Below are positions 47,977 through 60,043 of a DNA stretch of 64,000 nt, piece by piece. The translations under genes and the position numbers were made by a program. The DNA lies in assembly GCF_032191835.1 (NCBI RefSeq), contig NC_083231.1, positions 62,310,001 to 62,374,000 of the forward strand. Reading direction: 5' to 3'. The stretch comes from Heteronotia binoei. Its lineage: Eukaryota. How positions within the stretch are numbered: position 1 is the stretch's first letter; every line of letters begins with the position of its first letter. A model generated the notes under the pieces. The model worked only from the letters and a program-made list of their open reading frames with translations, was not told the origin of the DNA and did no database searches.

Positions 47977-48235
47977 AAGAAGAAGACGACATTGGATTTA
48001 TATTCCACCCTCCACTCAAGAGTCTCAGAGCGGCTCAAAATCTCCTTTATCTCCCTCCCCCACAACAGACACCCTGTGAGGTGGGTGGGGCTGAAAGGAC
48101 TCTCTCACAGCAGCTGCCCTTTTAAGGACAACCTCTGCCAGAGCTATGGCTGACCCAAGGCCGTGCCAGCAGGTGCAAGAGGAGGAGTGGGGAATCAAAC
48201 CCAGTTCTCCCAGATTAAAGTCCGCACACTTGGAG
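47977..48235 (-). mobile_element. Squam3-like SINE inside the Ngaro element
   Basis: (CTT)n tail at 47977; head gtgtgcggactttaatctgggagaactgggtttgattcccc on minus. Confidence 0.75.
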
Positions 48236-48480
48236 CAGGCCTTTTCGATAATGGCTCCCCAATGGTGGAACCAGCTTCCAGAGGAGGTGCGGGACCTGCG
48301 GGATCTTAATCAGTTCCGTAGGGCTTGTAAAACCGCCCTCTTCCAACTTGCCTTCTAAGGTGGAATCTTGGCAATGATACCCAGCCATCTTTATATATGT
48401 ACTGAAACTGTAGCACCATTAATTTATATCAGTTTTAAATTATTTATTTAACTTAAATCTACTAATCTACTCCCAATAAA
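48236..48480 (+). mobile_element. L2 3' fragment inside the Ngaro element
   Basis: AFSIMAPQWWNQLPEEVRDLRDLNQFRRACKTALFQLAF* followed by 3' UTR. Confidence 0.8.
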
Positions 48481-49260
48481 GCAGGTGGGGTTGAACCACC
48501 TGCCCTGCACTGCTGCAGGCACCAGAAGCAGTGACTGTGCGCTGAACAACATGTCCATGGTCTGACCTATCACCCAGGTTAGGTCATGGTGGAGACATAA
48601 CCTGCAGCCACAACTGTGGCTGAATCTGATCCCATTGAAGGGCCAGGTTCAAAGCCGCCCTCATTCTGAACTCCTCATCATATTGAAGCCAGGCCGGGCC
48701 AGTAAAGCTAGTCTAGCTTTTGTAAATGATGTTGAAATACTGAAAAAGGGACGTGGCCCTCCATGGCTGTGACCTGGCAAAAATTTCGGCATAAATAATG
48801 AACCCGGGCACCCAGTTTGCACATGTCCTGTCAACTTTTCGCTTCTTGATTTTCTCCTTTTCCCTATCATCCAAATCCACTTTATCCTTTTTTTCCAGCT
48901 CCCTATACAGCAGAGAGAATAGGTCCACGAATTCCCCTTTCAGTATCTTATCCTTGGTGGTAGGCAAGAGGTAAAGCCAGATCACCAAAAGGTAAAGCCT
49001 TAGCTGGCACAGCAGAGTATGATGGACCCCAAGGATAAGAAACACCCCAGCCACCATAAGGTGTCACAAATGCTCCCGGGAACTGGCTGAGCAGGCCTCC
49101 ACAAGGATCCCAAGGGTTAGCCAGGTTAAAGCCCCAAGACCACTTAGGAACAGGCCACTGTGGTCTTGGTGCAGGGCACTTGCTCTTGGATTTGCCCTGT
49201 CCCTTCGGCATGATAATGTGCCCAATAACAATGACAAGCCCGTCTACTGCCCTCACTAAT
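48481..49260 (-). pseudogene. Ngaro gag-like ORF remnants
   Basis: KDKILKGEFVDLFSLL, NWVPGFIIYA, AWLQYDEEFRMRAA, typical of DIRS/Ngaro gag. Confidence 0.7.
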
Positions 49261-52200
49261 GTGGCCCCTGCCCTAATGGAGGCAGGTGATGAACGTTAAA
49301 GCTATCCTCAAAATGGCCACTCTTTTCCCTGGCAACAGGGAGGAAGAATTAAAAAAAAAAGGCTGTCCTGAAATGGCCACCCCAAGCTATCCACAAAATG
49401 GCCACTCTTCTGCCCAGCAACAAGGAGTAAGAATTGAACAGCTCCTAAAATGGCTACCCAATTAAACCCACGATTAGCTAAGGCCAACTGCGCTGTCTGG
49501 AAGAACAGCCCCACACACTGTGAAGTAACCAAGCACTCTCCCAGAAGATTATATAAACCGGGGTGGGGGGTGGGGGAGTTGGTTCCTCAGCCGCTTAACA
49601 GAGGGAAAAAAGGGGGGGCTGAACAGCACCCTCAAAATGGGAGAGGCACCACAAGATACCCTAAAACAAAAAGGGGAAGCACAAAAACACCAGCCGCATG
49701 AAAATGCCGTGGCCAGTGACAAACCGCCACGTCAAAGACACTCCTGAAGATGCTGCTGACGTGATGAGACTCCTCCTGAAGACGGCTTGCTATAAGCAGC
49801 CATGGCAAAGTCTGATGCTCCAACCACCATAGCCCAAAAAGTCACGATGACTGGTAACAGGCCTTGTGCAGGAAAAGAGCACACAAGCTGCACTCTGCCT
49901 TCCCCGAGCATGAGGCGAAGAATGAGAGGAGGGAGCAGAGCCCACCTCTAGGGTGTGCCTGCTCCACCCCCACCTCTGATGATGCCCTGCCCGCTCCTCC
50001 TTGTGAGGAGGCAAAACGGCCCCCAGACGCAAGGCTGTGCAGCCTGCCTCTGGATGGGACCCGCAATCTTATGGTCTCTCATAGACCAAATAGAGCTCAA
50101 GTTTGTTAAATGTTTAAAGAAGCAACTGTGAGATCTCAGTAACAGTAGGTAAAACTTTTGTGTTACATAGAAGATCCTGGTTGGAAATCCCCACTGTTTG
50201 AACATTAAAAGAGCAGCTGGGGATAGTAGTGGTGAACTGAATGGGATCAAGGCCCTGGAAGAGCAGGGCAATAGCTTAACAGAAATGAACCCAAAACTTA
50301 TATTAGTTATATGGGGGAGGGAAACAGGAACACATTATACTCATTTTTAACCCATTGTAACTAACAGAAGTTTGGGTGAGGGAGAAACATCCATCAAAGA
50401 AGGCATAGGACAAGGACCAACTCTAGCTGCTCCACTCTAATTCATGGTGTTCCACAGCAGGTGTTTTTAGTGTTTAAGAAAAGAAACCCTGAGAACTGGT
50501 AATGGTTCTCCCATATAATATTTAGTTTGGTCCTAGGAAAAGAAACTGTACCTTATGCACTTCAAGAGGGTTAGCCCAGGAAGGCACAGTGGATTTGAGT
50601 CTCAGTGCCTCCCTCTGGAACAAAATGATCAGGTTGCAGCTGGGCAAGGGCAACACAGGTGCCATGTTTATCTTTTTTCTCTCAGTAAAGCATATAGGTT
50701 CCAGTTGCTATTCCTCAACACCATATATATCCTTCCTTTCAGCATTATACTGTTGGCATTGCTAAGCACACAGAAATTTAACTGGCAAAATTCTTATATT
50801 CTGTGTGACAGGATGCTTTTGATGGCAAAAGAATAGGTCCAATTAAAAAGGCAACCTGAAATTGGCAAGTATGTCATAGGGGGCAAACCCTAACTTCCAC
50901 TTACAAGGGGGCCCCTCTTGGAGACTTCACTTACATGTCTGTGCAATTGGAATATATGTCTTTGCAACTTACAAGATTTCCCTTCATCCCCACCTACCCA
51001 TCAAAATGATGGGCATTTTGCTAGTTATACATTAACTGCCGTCAACTGTATAAATCAGATAAGAAGCCTATTTAATTATCCATTTTAAGAACTTCCTCCA
51101 ACTGTCAATATCAGGTACTTCTAAGAGAGCACAGGATGCTGCAAGCAGTAATTTAATGTTAAATGGCGGTTGTTGAAGTACTTCACAAGAGGTTTTAGTC
51201 AAGGAATGGCTGCAGCTTCCAGCCCTACAAGGCACAACCAAAACCTTTAAAAAGAAAAGTCACAATGTATATCTGACTCTCACACCAAAGCCACACAATC
51301 ACAGCTATTACCTCCTGAGGAATGTCTTTCACTATATGGAGAACCCTTGTCTTCTCCATGAAAAAAAATCAGAACTAGAATAGTTAGTGTGCATACAAGC
51401 TGGCTCTACCACAGCTTCTCCTCATTTTGGTAGCTAGTAGAACTCAAAGACAGTGTACTTGCCCTTAGCTAAATAAACACTTCTGAGCTACTGACACACT
51501 GGCGCCTTGCAAGAATTTCTATTAACTTCAGTGGCCCATAAAAGAAAGCTGAAATAATATTTTTCATTCAAGAGCCACACTTTATCTAGTCTTCTGTGCA
51601 AAATCCTGTGCAAAAAAATTTATCATATGATTTCTTCCAAGTACATCCACAACATTTTTTAGCCTTTGTGGAATATACCTGCAAGTTCACTTCAAAGTTT
51701 AAAATAGTTCAATATGCATTCCATGCAGCAATGGGATGGGGAGGAAGTTAACTGTGCAACTGTCAGTCTTTTGTCAAAGACTAGCTAATGTGCATCACAG
51801 TTCCTTAGAAAGTAAAAGTACTTAGCCTACAAAAAGCAACTATACAAGGTTAACTATGCAGGTGTCCTCCTTAACCAGCTAATAAATTGAGTTAACCTCA
51901 AAATCTTAAATGGGTCCCTGCCTAGCGATCATCCAGCAGAGTTCACATATTGGTTGGGCATTAGAATGAGCGTCATTGATTACATCATGATATCAGAGGA
52001 GGTGGTTCCCCACATAGAGCATTTTGAAGTTGCTCCATATTGTGATAGCGACCATTTGCCTCTAGTCCTAAAAATTGATTTACAAGAGCTAGTCATGTAT
52101 TACGGTAAATCCCATAACACTAGGCTAAAACCAACAGATGGCCCTAGCTATAATCGCCCTAGATGGACATCCTCATTGAAAAGGAGGATGGGTCTTTTTT

Positions 52201-52279
52201 TTGTCCTCTGAGTCCGTTAATAACACCCTTCACCAATTGGTGAATGCAGTCAATACTGATACCTGCCTAGAGGAATATA

Positions 52280-52439
52280 CTGTATTTTTTGCACCATAAG
52301 ACTCACTTTCCCCCCCCAAAAAAGTGGAGGGAAACGTGTGTGCGTCTTAAGGAGCGAATACTGCAAAAAATTCACACAAATGCCTCTAAATTCACACAAA
52401 AGGCTCTAAAAACTAGGTGCGTCTTATGCTCAGATACGG
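52280..52439. mobile_element. Tc1/mariner (pogo/Tigger-like) MITE at a TA site
   Basis: TA TSD at 52278-79 and 52440-41; ctgtattttttgcaccataagactcac / gtgcgtcttatg..atacgg; removal restores the frame EEYNLISREIQKELKRA. Confidence 0.8.
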
Positions 52440-53967
52440 TAATCTAATTTCAAGGGAGATACAGAAGGAATTGAAAAGAGCTAAGTCGGGGCCTTTAAAC
52501 CAAAGAACTGGAGCTCATAAACCATGGTTTGATGCAGAATGTAAAAGGGCAAAGTATACCCTTAATGTTAACGATGCAAAATATAGAACTAACCCTGAAG
52601 CAACATCCATAATAGCTTTTAAACACCAAAAAGCCCAATATAAGGCCCTCATTAGAAGAAAGAAAAAGGAAGACATTATGGCTTCTTGGAAGGAACTTTG
52701 GAAGGCAGTTAAAGAAAAAAACTCAGTATTATTCTGGAAACTAATCTCTGATCCATCATGTAGGTCACCAAATATATTTTGCCAGATGCCTAGTTACATT
52801 ATTATAAGATGGTATATGGGGAAACAATTACAAGCCCACTTGATTTTGATATCATCCATAACTTACCAACTTGGCCTCCAGTGGAGTGTACAGAAGTAAA
52901 GCAGCTCATTGATACTTTGAAGCCAGGGAAAGCCCCAGGCATTGACCTAATTCCACCAGAGCTATTTAAAATGAATGCAGAATTGTGGGCCTCAGTTTTG
53001 GCAGCTTTGTTTTCACAAATTGATCAATCAGGGAAAATTCCCAAGCACTGGGGAGCAGCTATCATCATCCCCATATATAAAAAAGGTAACAAAGAAGATC
53101 CAAACAACTATAGGCCGATCAGCCTGTTTAGCATAACAAGCAAGCTAGACACTTACTGTGGAAATTTGGAGACTGGCTTGAGAACAATTTTTGCCTAGGC
53201 GAGGAACAGGTTGGCTTCAGAGAAGATTGCGCCTTATTAAACTACTGCATGCTGTTGGACCACTTGATTGTAAAATATTCCTCAAACTCAAGTGTGTCAT
53301 TATATGCTGCATTTCTAGACCTGAAGTCAGCCTTTGACTCTATCTCTAGGACCATCCTATGGGATAAATTAAGAGCCACCAACATTGATAGACAGCTGTT
53401 ATTTCTTATTCAGGCCCTTTATGATCAAACAACCATCCGGGTAAAATATTCCCATCAAGGCTATTTGACAGACCCCATTTCTACCAACCAAGGGGTTATG
53501 CAAGGATGCCTCCTGGCCCCCTACTTATTTAACTTCTATATCAATGATTTGGCGTCGCATATAAATAAACCAGAATGCCACCCACCGAAGCTAGGTAACA
53601 AACATATAGGGCTGCTCCTTTATGCTGATGATGCCGTTTTACTTTCAAGGACTCCCTTAGGCCTCAAAAGAGCCTTTGAAAGCTTTTGATAGGAAGATAG
53701 TGAAACAGAGAATATTGGACGTTGTCAGACAAAACGACCTCAATAGCACAACCAAATGGAGAGCTCTGACAGAACCAATCAACAGGGTGACCCTGATGCC
53801 CTACCTATACCGCTTAACAAACAATGAATACAGGAGAACGTTTACTCTTATGAGGTGGGACGTTTTCACTTCAGTGGTGGTGGAGGGGAGATACAAAAAG
53901 GTGCCGTTCCAAGAACGGTTATTTCCCTGCTGTTGCAAAGATGGTAACGAATCTCTAGTCCATGTTA

Positions 53968-54251
53968 GATTTGACTCCGCCCTCCGATCCCAGCGCTTGC
54001 TTTAAACATCAGAGGTGGAGCCAGGCAGACAGACAAGGAGGAAGCACGCTGCCCTCTCCACAGCCGGCGCTTGCGAAGCGCTGGGTTTGCGGTGGGGCCA
54101 CGTGGAGCGATCCCAGCGCTTGCCTGAAGAAGATGGAGCCAGGCAGGCAGGCGCAGGGGAAGCGCCGGATCGGAGGCAGAGGCAGCGGATTGCCCCCCAG
54201 GAGGAAGGTGCATCCTATGGTCCGGAGCGCCTTATGGACCGAAAAATATGG
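53968..54251. mobile_element. One-ended Tc1/mariner-type MITE fragment with internal GC-rich repeats
   Basis: Right TIR cttatggaccgaaaaatatgg|TA; internal duplication cgatcccagcgcttgc; left TIR absent. Confidence 0.55.
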
Positions 54252-54539
54252 TAGTTGTTGCCTGCATGAACCTTGGAGTGTGCTCTTTCTCTCCATGTGG
54301 ACTTTTGTTGAAATTCCTCAAGGTGCATGACTCTGGATCAACATTGATAAAGACATTATTTTGAATACTGAAATTTACAAAGGAGTGTTGAAGCACAAGG
54401 TCTTAAGTAGATGTTGCCTGTATGAACCTTGGAGCGTGGCTATTGTAATTGTTATACAGTTATATGTGTTGATGCATTGTAAAAGGACTTGACAAAAATA
54501 GATGAAACATTTTCAGTGCTTCAAGATAGCAAATTTGCA

Positions 54540-54960
54540 TATCACTGTATTTTTCCAGTGCATAGTCTGTTTCTGTATAGCTCCCAATAATATAGCACCA
54601 ACTGGTGTTTCCAAATAGATTTGAAGGAGAGAACAATGTACAATGCATTACTATTGTCTAATCTTGATATCACCATGGCATGAATTCAGGTGGCCCGGCC
54701 AGATCAGCCATAGCAAGGTAAGCTTCCATTTTTTGTGCTAGGGTAAGCTAGAAGAAAGCCTTTTTTTTTTTTTTTTTGCAACAGCATTAACTTGCTTCTC
54801 CAGCAATAATGTTGGGTTCAGGCTCTTAACTGAGTTGGCAATGGTCAGCTGATGTCCTTCAAGACCTCCTGTGACAAGGCAACCACTTTAATAATCTCCC
54901 CTCTAAAACAATCACCTTGAATGTTACTTCAGTCATCAAAATTTACCCTTCAGAAAATGG
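54540..54960 (-). mobile_element. Old L2 ORF fragment
   Basis: Minus strand ISRLDNSNALYIVLSFKSIWKHQLV resembles TSRLDYCNALYMGLP..RKLQLV. Confidence 0.65.
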
Positions 54961-54999
54961 CATGGTAGGCACTGGTAAAGATTTAAACAAATTTTGGTT

Positions 55000-55550
55000 T
55001 ATTTAAATATACGAGCAGGGAAGGGGATTGATATTTACATAGGTTTTTTGGATTTTGGATTATGTTTGCAGAAATTTAAATATAAACACAGAACTGCATT
55101 TGAGGATGCTGGCTTCACTAGAGACAGTTTTAGATATAAAGCTGTTTGGCTTCCTCTACAGATATTACAAATGTTAAAAGGTTTTGTCTTAGTGGTTACT
55201 TAATCTAGATGTCCTGTTACCCTTCACACATAATCAGTCTCGAGTGTACTCCACTTTGTCCCTTTTATTAAGACTAAGGTCTCTGTATTAGACCCCTTTT
55301 CTTCTAGCAAAATAGGTATTCTCTTCTCATCAAGAGCAATAACTCTGTCTTTTGGCTTGTTTAGGGTCTTTCAAGGCCACCTCTAAACCCTTTGCCAAAT
55401 CCTTTTCTTCCAGACAAACAGTCTTTGTATTCAGGACCTTAAGCTTAGAACTAGAGAACTACAATTCCCTCTCAAGATGTGTGTTTCTTTGTTTTTCCAC
55501 ACAGAGACTGTTTAACTTGTTGGGAACTGTCTCTGATTAGAGCCTCTTCT
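55000..55550 (-). mobile_element. Possible old L1 ORF1 remnant
   Basis: A-rich minus strand with ISVEEAKQL resembling an L1 ORF1 C-terminus; heavily decayed. Confidence 0.3.
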
Positions 55551-55786
55551 AGGTTCAAAGTCACACTACTCTGGCTCTGAATCAGACTGTGTCAGGAGTA
55601 GGCTCTCCTCACATTACTATTTTGTCATTGTACCATTTTACATTCTAAACCACTGCCTACCAGATAATTTTACTTCACTGTCATTGGTTCTTAAATCTGT
55701 ACCATGTTGCATTCTGGGCCACTGCCTACCAGCTATGTATGACTGTTCTCAGCTATGTATGGCTTTGCTCACCGTGCTGGATTCCT

Positions 55787-55824
55787 CGTCTGATGAAGTG
55801 TGCTTGAGCACATGAAAGCTTATG
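55787..55824 (+). ncRNA. Minimal type I hammerhead ribozyme motif within a Penelope-like terminal repeat (about 55775-55875)
   Basis: CGT-CTGATGA-A-GTGTGCT-tg-AGCACAT-GAA-AGCT-T-ATG: core, 7-bp helix II, palindromic AGCT helix III, 3-bp helix I; followed by ttggttggtcttaaaggtgcaac. Confidence 0.7.
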
Positions 55825-57427
55825 TTCTAAATAGAAATTGGTTGGTCTTAAAGGTGCAACTTGACTCCTGCTTTGTTCAACTCACATTAGACAGACTTTC
55901 AAAAGCAACCACTCTCTGTTCCGTACTTCAAATCCTTCAGCTCCCCAACTGCTTCCACCAACTGCCTAACTGTCCCCTCTTGACAGTTAGCAGAAGTTCC
56001 CCCAATCAGAGTGAGTTCTATTAGCTGTCACTCATATGAACTGCCTCTAAGCCTACATAGACCTGCTGTCTGTCATACCTCCACTATCCTAACCAACATT
56101 ACTTCTGTCTTTCCAGGATTTAGTTTCGATTTGTTCACTCTTAGTTATTTAACCACAGCATCTATGCAGCAATTTACAACCTTTACTGTATCACCAGGAG
56201 AGTTGAATAAGGATATGTGTGTGCGTATTTATATAGGCTTTATATTGAAGAGCTGCTTGGAAGAATCTTCTCCTTGTATGCAGAGCAGTTGTGTCAGGAT
56301 CTCAAAACCTCTCTGTCAGAAATGCTTAATTAAAGAAGTATGCCTGGATCCTGTATAGCAAATGGGCAACCACTGAGAATTTGTTGGATTATAAACTGAT
56401 TGATGGGCCTTTTGTTTCCAGGCAAACCATTTGCTCTGTGCCTATGAATCTCTACCCAGGAACTGACTAATGTTTCCAACATTAGTGCGCATGTAGATGT
56501 TGCCAAGTCAGGCTTTCCAAAAGGAAGATATTCTAATAAATTGTATTACAGAACATGCCACAGATGTATTTTTCTTATGCATTTATGTATTGCTTAACAG
56601 CAGCACTTTTTTGTAAAAGAAAAAAGTTGCTGGTGCTTACCTGGCAGGAGGATGTGCATCCAGTCACTACCTGCTAGTGGGCTCCTCCCTACCCTGGTCC
56701 ATCTGCCACCCAAGATGCTTCCCATTTCCAGCTTCTCTCCTGAGACTCTGGGGTCTGTTGGATCTGGGCTGATCACTCAGGCAAAACTTAAGCCTGTCCT
56801 TTCCTGGGGTCTTCATCAGCAGGTGTGATGGAGATGCTGCATCAGTATCATGGGTGGGCACAGGCCTCAAGCTGTTGAGGGCTTCTCTGCTGCTGAAAGT
56901 GGCTGAGCTGGGTCACATTGATGGGGGCCCATCTCACCAACACACAGCCTCAATGTCTTTGCCCCTCTGCTGACCCAAATGGTGTTGGTGTCCATCACAA
57001 AAATAACCCTGTTTAATAGTTGGTTCACATTAATTCCCTACAAGGCATCTCATTCTGGAGGATACTTTCACATTGATAACATATGAACTCTGATATAGTT
57101 CATCAGCAGTTTCCCCATAAATATAACAATGCTCAGGCATGGTGGGAAAGTCAGTGGGAAAGCCAAAGCTGTATTTTATTTCATATCCTGCGCCACTGGG
57201 GGCAGCTGGGGCATATTATATGGAGATCTTTTGTTATACAAGCTGGTCCTTAGCTTTCACACTAGCTTTATGACGTTGACCTATTCTGGAATAGTATAGT
57301 TCCACAGAATACCAGCCTACCAGCTATGTATGGAATAAGGGATGATGGTTTGCTTCTAAAGATGGCAATTGCTTAGATTTAATTGTGTCTGTATATCATA
57401 CACAGCGTTACTGATGTAACTAACACT

Positions 57428-57538
57428 AATTTGAGCAGACTTCGGAGGATGGTAGAAGACAGGAGGGCCTGGTGTGACTTTGTCCATGGGGTCGCAAAGA
57501 GTTAGACTTGACTGTGCGACTGAACAACAACAACAAAA
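57428..57538 (+). mobile_element. BovB/RTE 3' end
   Basis: aatttgagcagacttcggaggatggtagaagacagg..gtccatggggtcgcaaagag..ctgaacaacaacaac, similar to 22900-23004. Confidence 0.8.
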
Positions 57539-58719
57539 TTGTACACACCAATTGTAAAGCACTGTTCTCTGAACCTAAGCAGGTAGGAGGCTATGGCTCT
57601 TGCATGGTGATGTTGTACAGGGTCAGTGTAAGAATTATAACAATACATTATTTGTTAGAATACTCAAAAACTCTGTAGCGATTGCTACAATACTTAAACA
57701 CAGAAACATTCCCCGCCCCCCTCTGCTTTTGCAATCAACAGTAAGACAAGCAGGCAGGTTTGGCACTCTGTTTTCAGAGAAAGCCACAAGAGAAAGTCAC
57801 TCTGCACACACACAAAGGTACTCTGTTGCTTATTAAGGCTGAAGCTCAGGCTACAGGAGGTTGAGCAGACCCATTTATTTAAACAAGCATGAAGTGGTAC
57901 AGGCACACATTTGTAGGAATCCAAATTAAACAGCAAAAGCAGCATACTAACAGGGGCTGCTAAATCCCCTTCTGCCCACAACTAACTTCCCCATAGCATC
58001 TTTCCTGAGTCACCTTTTTGCCCAGCCAGGAAAAAGGTACAAGTACTAATAACTCTTCCCATTTTCTTTTTAGCAAAAATCCCAGCAACCAACCCAGAAC
58101 ATAAACTGCATGAGAACCAAGGGTTAAGACCCTTTTCTGCCCTGCTTTAGTTTACAGCCTCTGCAGATACATTTAGTGAAAAACAGAAAAGTAGAACTGG
58201 AGACAAACAATGCATAATGGAAAGTCAGGTGTCGTTTGGACCTTTAAAATGTGTGCATTCATTTGACTGACCCAAGGATCAGATTCTTATTATTCTTAAT
58301 AATTGTGGACCTGTGACAACTTTACAAGTGAATGATGAACTGGGATATGAGAAAATATAGTCTCCTTCTTGCCCATGTGTCTTTAAGCTGCAATAGGCCA
58401 GTACTTTGTACAATTTCATGGATCCTTGGATAAGGCAAGAATTCAAGAGAACTGACATTACATGGCACAGACCCTCCGATTCCATTTGTTCCTTTGAGTC
58501 CCAATCTGAAGACAAGTAAAGGAAGGCCATTTGCTTTCAATCAGCCTGGTGCTGGTTTAAGTGTTTGTGCATGTGTACTTTTCCTACTATCAACTCTTGC
58601 ATGAGCACTCTGCATAAATGCAGCTTTCGGCCCCTATTGACTTGGGATGCTCAGTATCTTCCTGCAATGATAGCGACTATGTTCTGTTTGTCTCTCATAT
58701 ATGTGCATACCACAATGCT

Positions 58720-58920
58720 TAGAGTGTCAACCAAGGATCTAGGAAATCCAAGTTGAATCTCCACTCAGCAATGGAAGCTCACTGGCTGACCTTGGGTCAG
58801 TCACACACTGTCAGCCTAATCTAGCTCAGAAGGTTGTTTTCAGGCTAAAACAGAGAAGAAGAGAAGGATGTAAGCTGCTTTGGGTCCCCACTGGGGAAAA
58901 AGGCAGGGTATAAAAGAAGC
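58720..58920 (+). mobile_element. Old MIR/CORE-like SINE
   Basis: ggaaatccaagttgaatctccac..gaccttgggtcagtcacac..agcctaatctagctcagaaggttgtt. Confidence 0.55.
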
Positions 58921-60043
58921 TAACAAACAGTCATAACAAGTCAAAGGCTCGCAATGAATCGCAGGTCAGATGCTCGGGAGCCACAAATCTCCCCTTCAAG
59001 GATTAAGGGTTTCAGGGCCTGAGCAGGACAACTTTCTAATTTCCCCATTCCCCCCCCCCCCTTCTTTAATTGACTGCAGACTGTTTCCTTCACCCTCTCC
59101 AAATCTCCATCTCCAAATACTCTTAGGCAGACAATGTCCTGTTGGCTGGGCCCTCCTACCTGCCCTCGCATCCTGGCTATGGGAGATGGATTCACCCCTT
59201 GCCCTGCTCCCAAAACTCCAGCTTTCCTACTCCAAGATAGCTCTACTTCAAGGTCTTAAGTGTTGGGCCTGTTTTCCCCTTTAGTTAAATCTCTGTGTTT
59301 CATGCCTTTTGGAGCTGTACTTTGCAGTACTTTTCAGACTGTTTTTTGGGGTGGGCTATTTTATTTTGTTTAATTTGTAGTCATTTTTTCCACATACCCA
59401 AGTAGAATTGGCTCTTTTGCTTCTCCAAGTGGAGCGCTGGCAGCAGGGCAACTCTGAGAGCCAGTGGGTGCAAGCCATGTCTGCCAACACCCTGAGGGGT
59501 ATGCCTTGTGCTCAGGTGGTGGCTGGGCAGTCTGCAAGTGGGGACAGGCAAAAGACATGTCCCTCAGCACTTCCAAGTGGCCCCACAGGCTACAAATCAG
59601 CCTGGAACACAGGAAATCCTCTATCTTTGACTAAGGGTGGCTTGGCTTTGCTGCTTTTGTGATTGACACAAGCCATCCAATTTACTATTAGACTTGAGTA
59701 ATGGCATATGAGGATTCTTGTGTTGCAGCAAGCTTGACAGGACTGGGGGTGTTGTGTCTGGTGTTCACCCCAGAAAGTACAACACAGTGCACATGTGGGC
59801 AGTGCCTAGAAGGAACGAACGCAGCCTGCCTATGACAATCAGTGGCAGGAAGTTTAACTGGCCATGATTGGACCTGACCAGGAAGAAGGCTGTTCCAGGA
59901 AATGTATATAACAGGGGACCCGGCCCCGCCATGTTTTGTGATGTACTCGCTAATAAAGCATGTTGCCATCTGAACATCTCCGACTTCAGTACATCACACT
60001 GGTGACAAGGATGGGATACCGGTGATCAGCGAGCAGCCTCATC

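Larger units (their letters stand above)
40729..50065 (-). mobile_element. Ngaro-type tyrosine-recombinase retrotransposon, degenerate and interrupted
   Basis: Split direct repeats A1 49904-50065, B1 41503-41874, A2 41333-41497, B2 40729-41099; gag, RT, RNase H, YR and SGNH domains in order; no methyltransferase domain recognised. Confidence 0.88.
51890..54410 (+). mobile_element. Decayed APE-RT LINE, RTE-X-like, with an internal deletion and two nested DNA elements
   Basis: SVIDY..SDHLPL; KPWFDAEC; GKAPGIDLIP; YRPISL; FLDLKSAFD; QGCLLAP; LLYADD; C-terminal GRYKKVPFQERLFPC; clade call is from recall. Confidence 0.7.

Noticed and set aside
56641-56670. Minus-strand exon candidate with a GTAAGC donor
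   Set aside because: The donor is good but the acceptor has no polypyrimidine tract, and longer versions contain stops.
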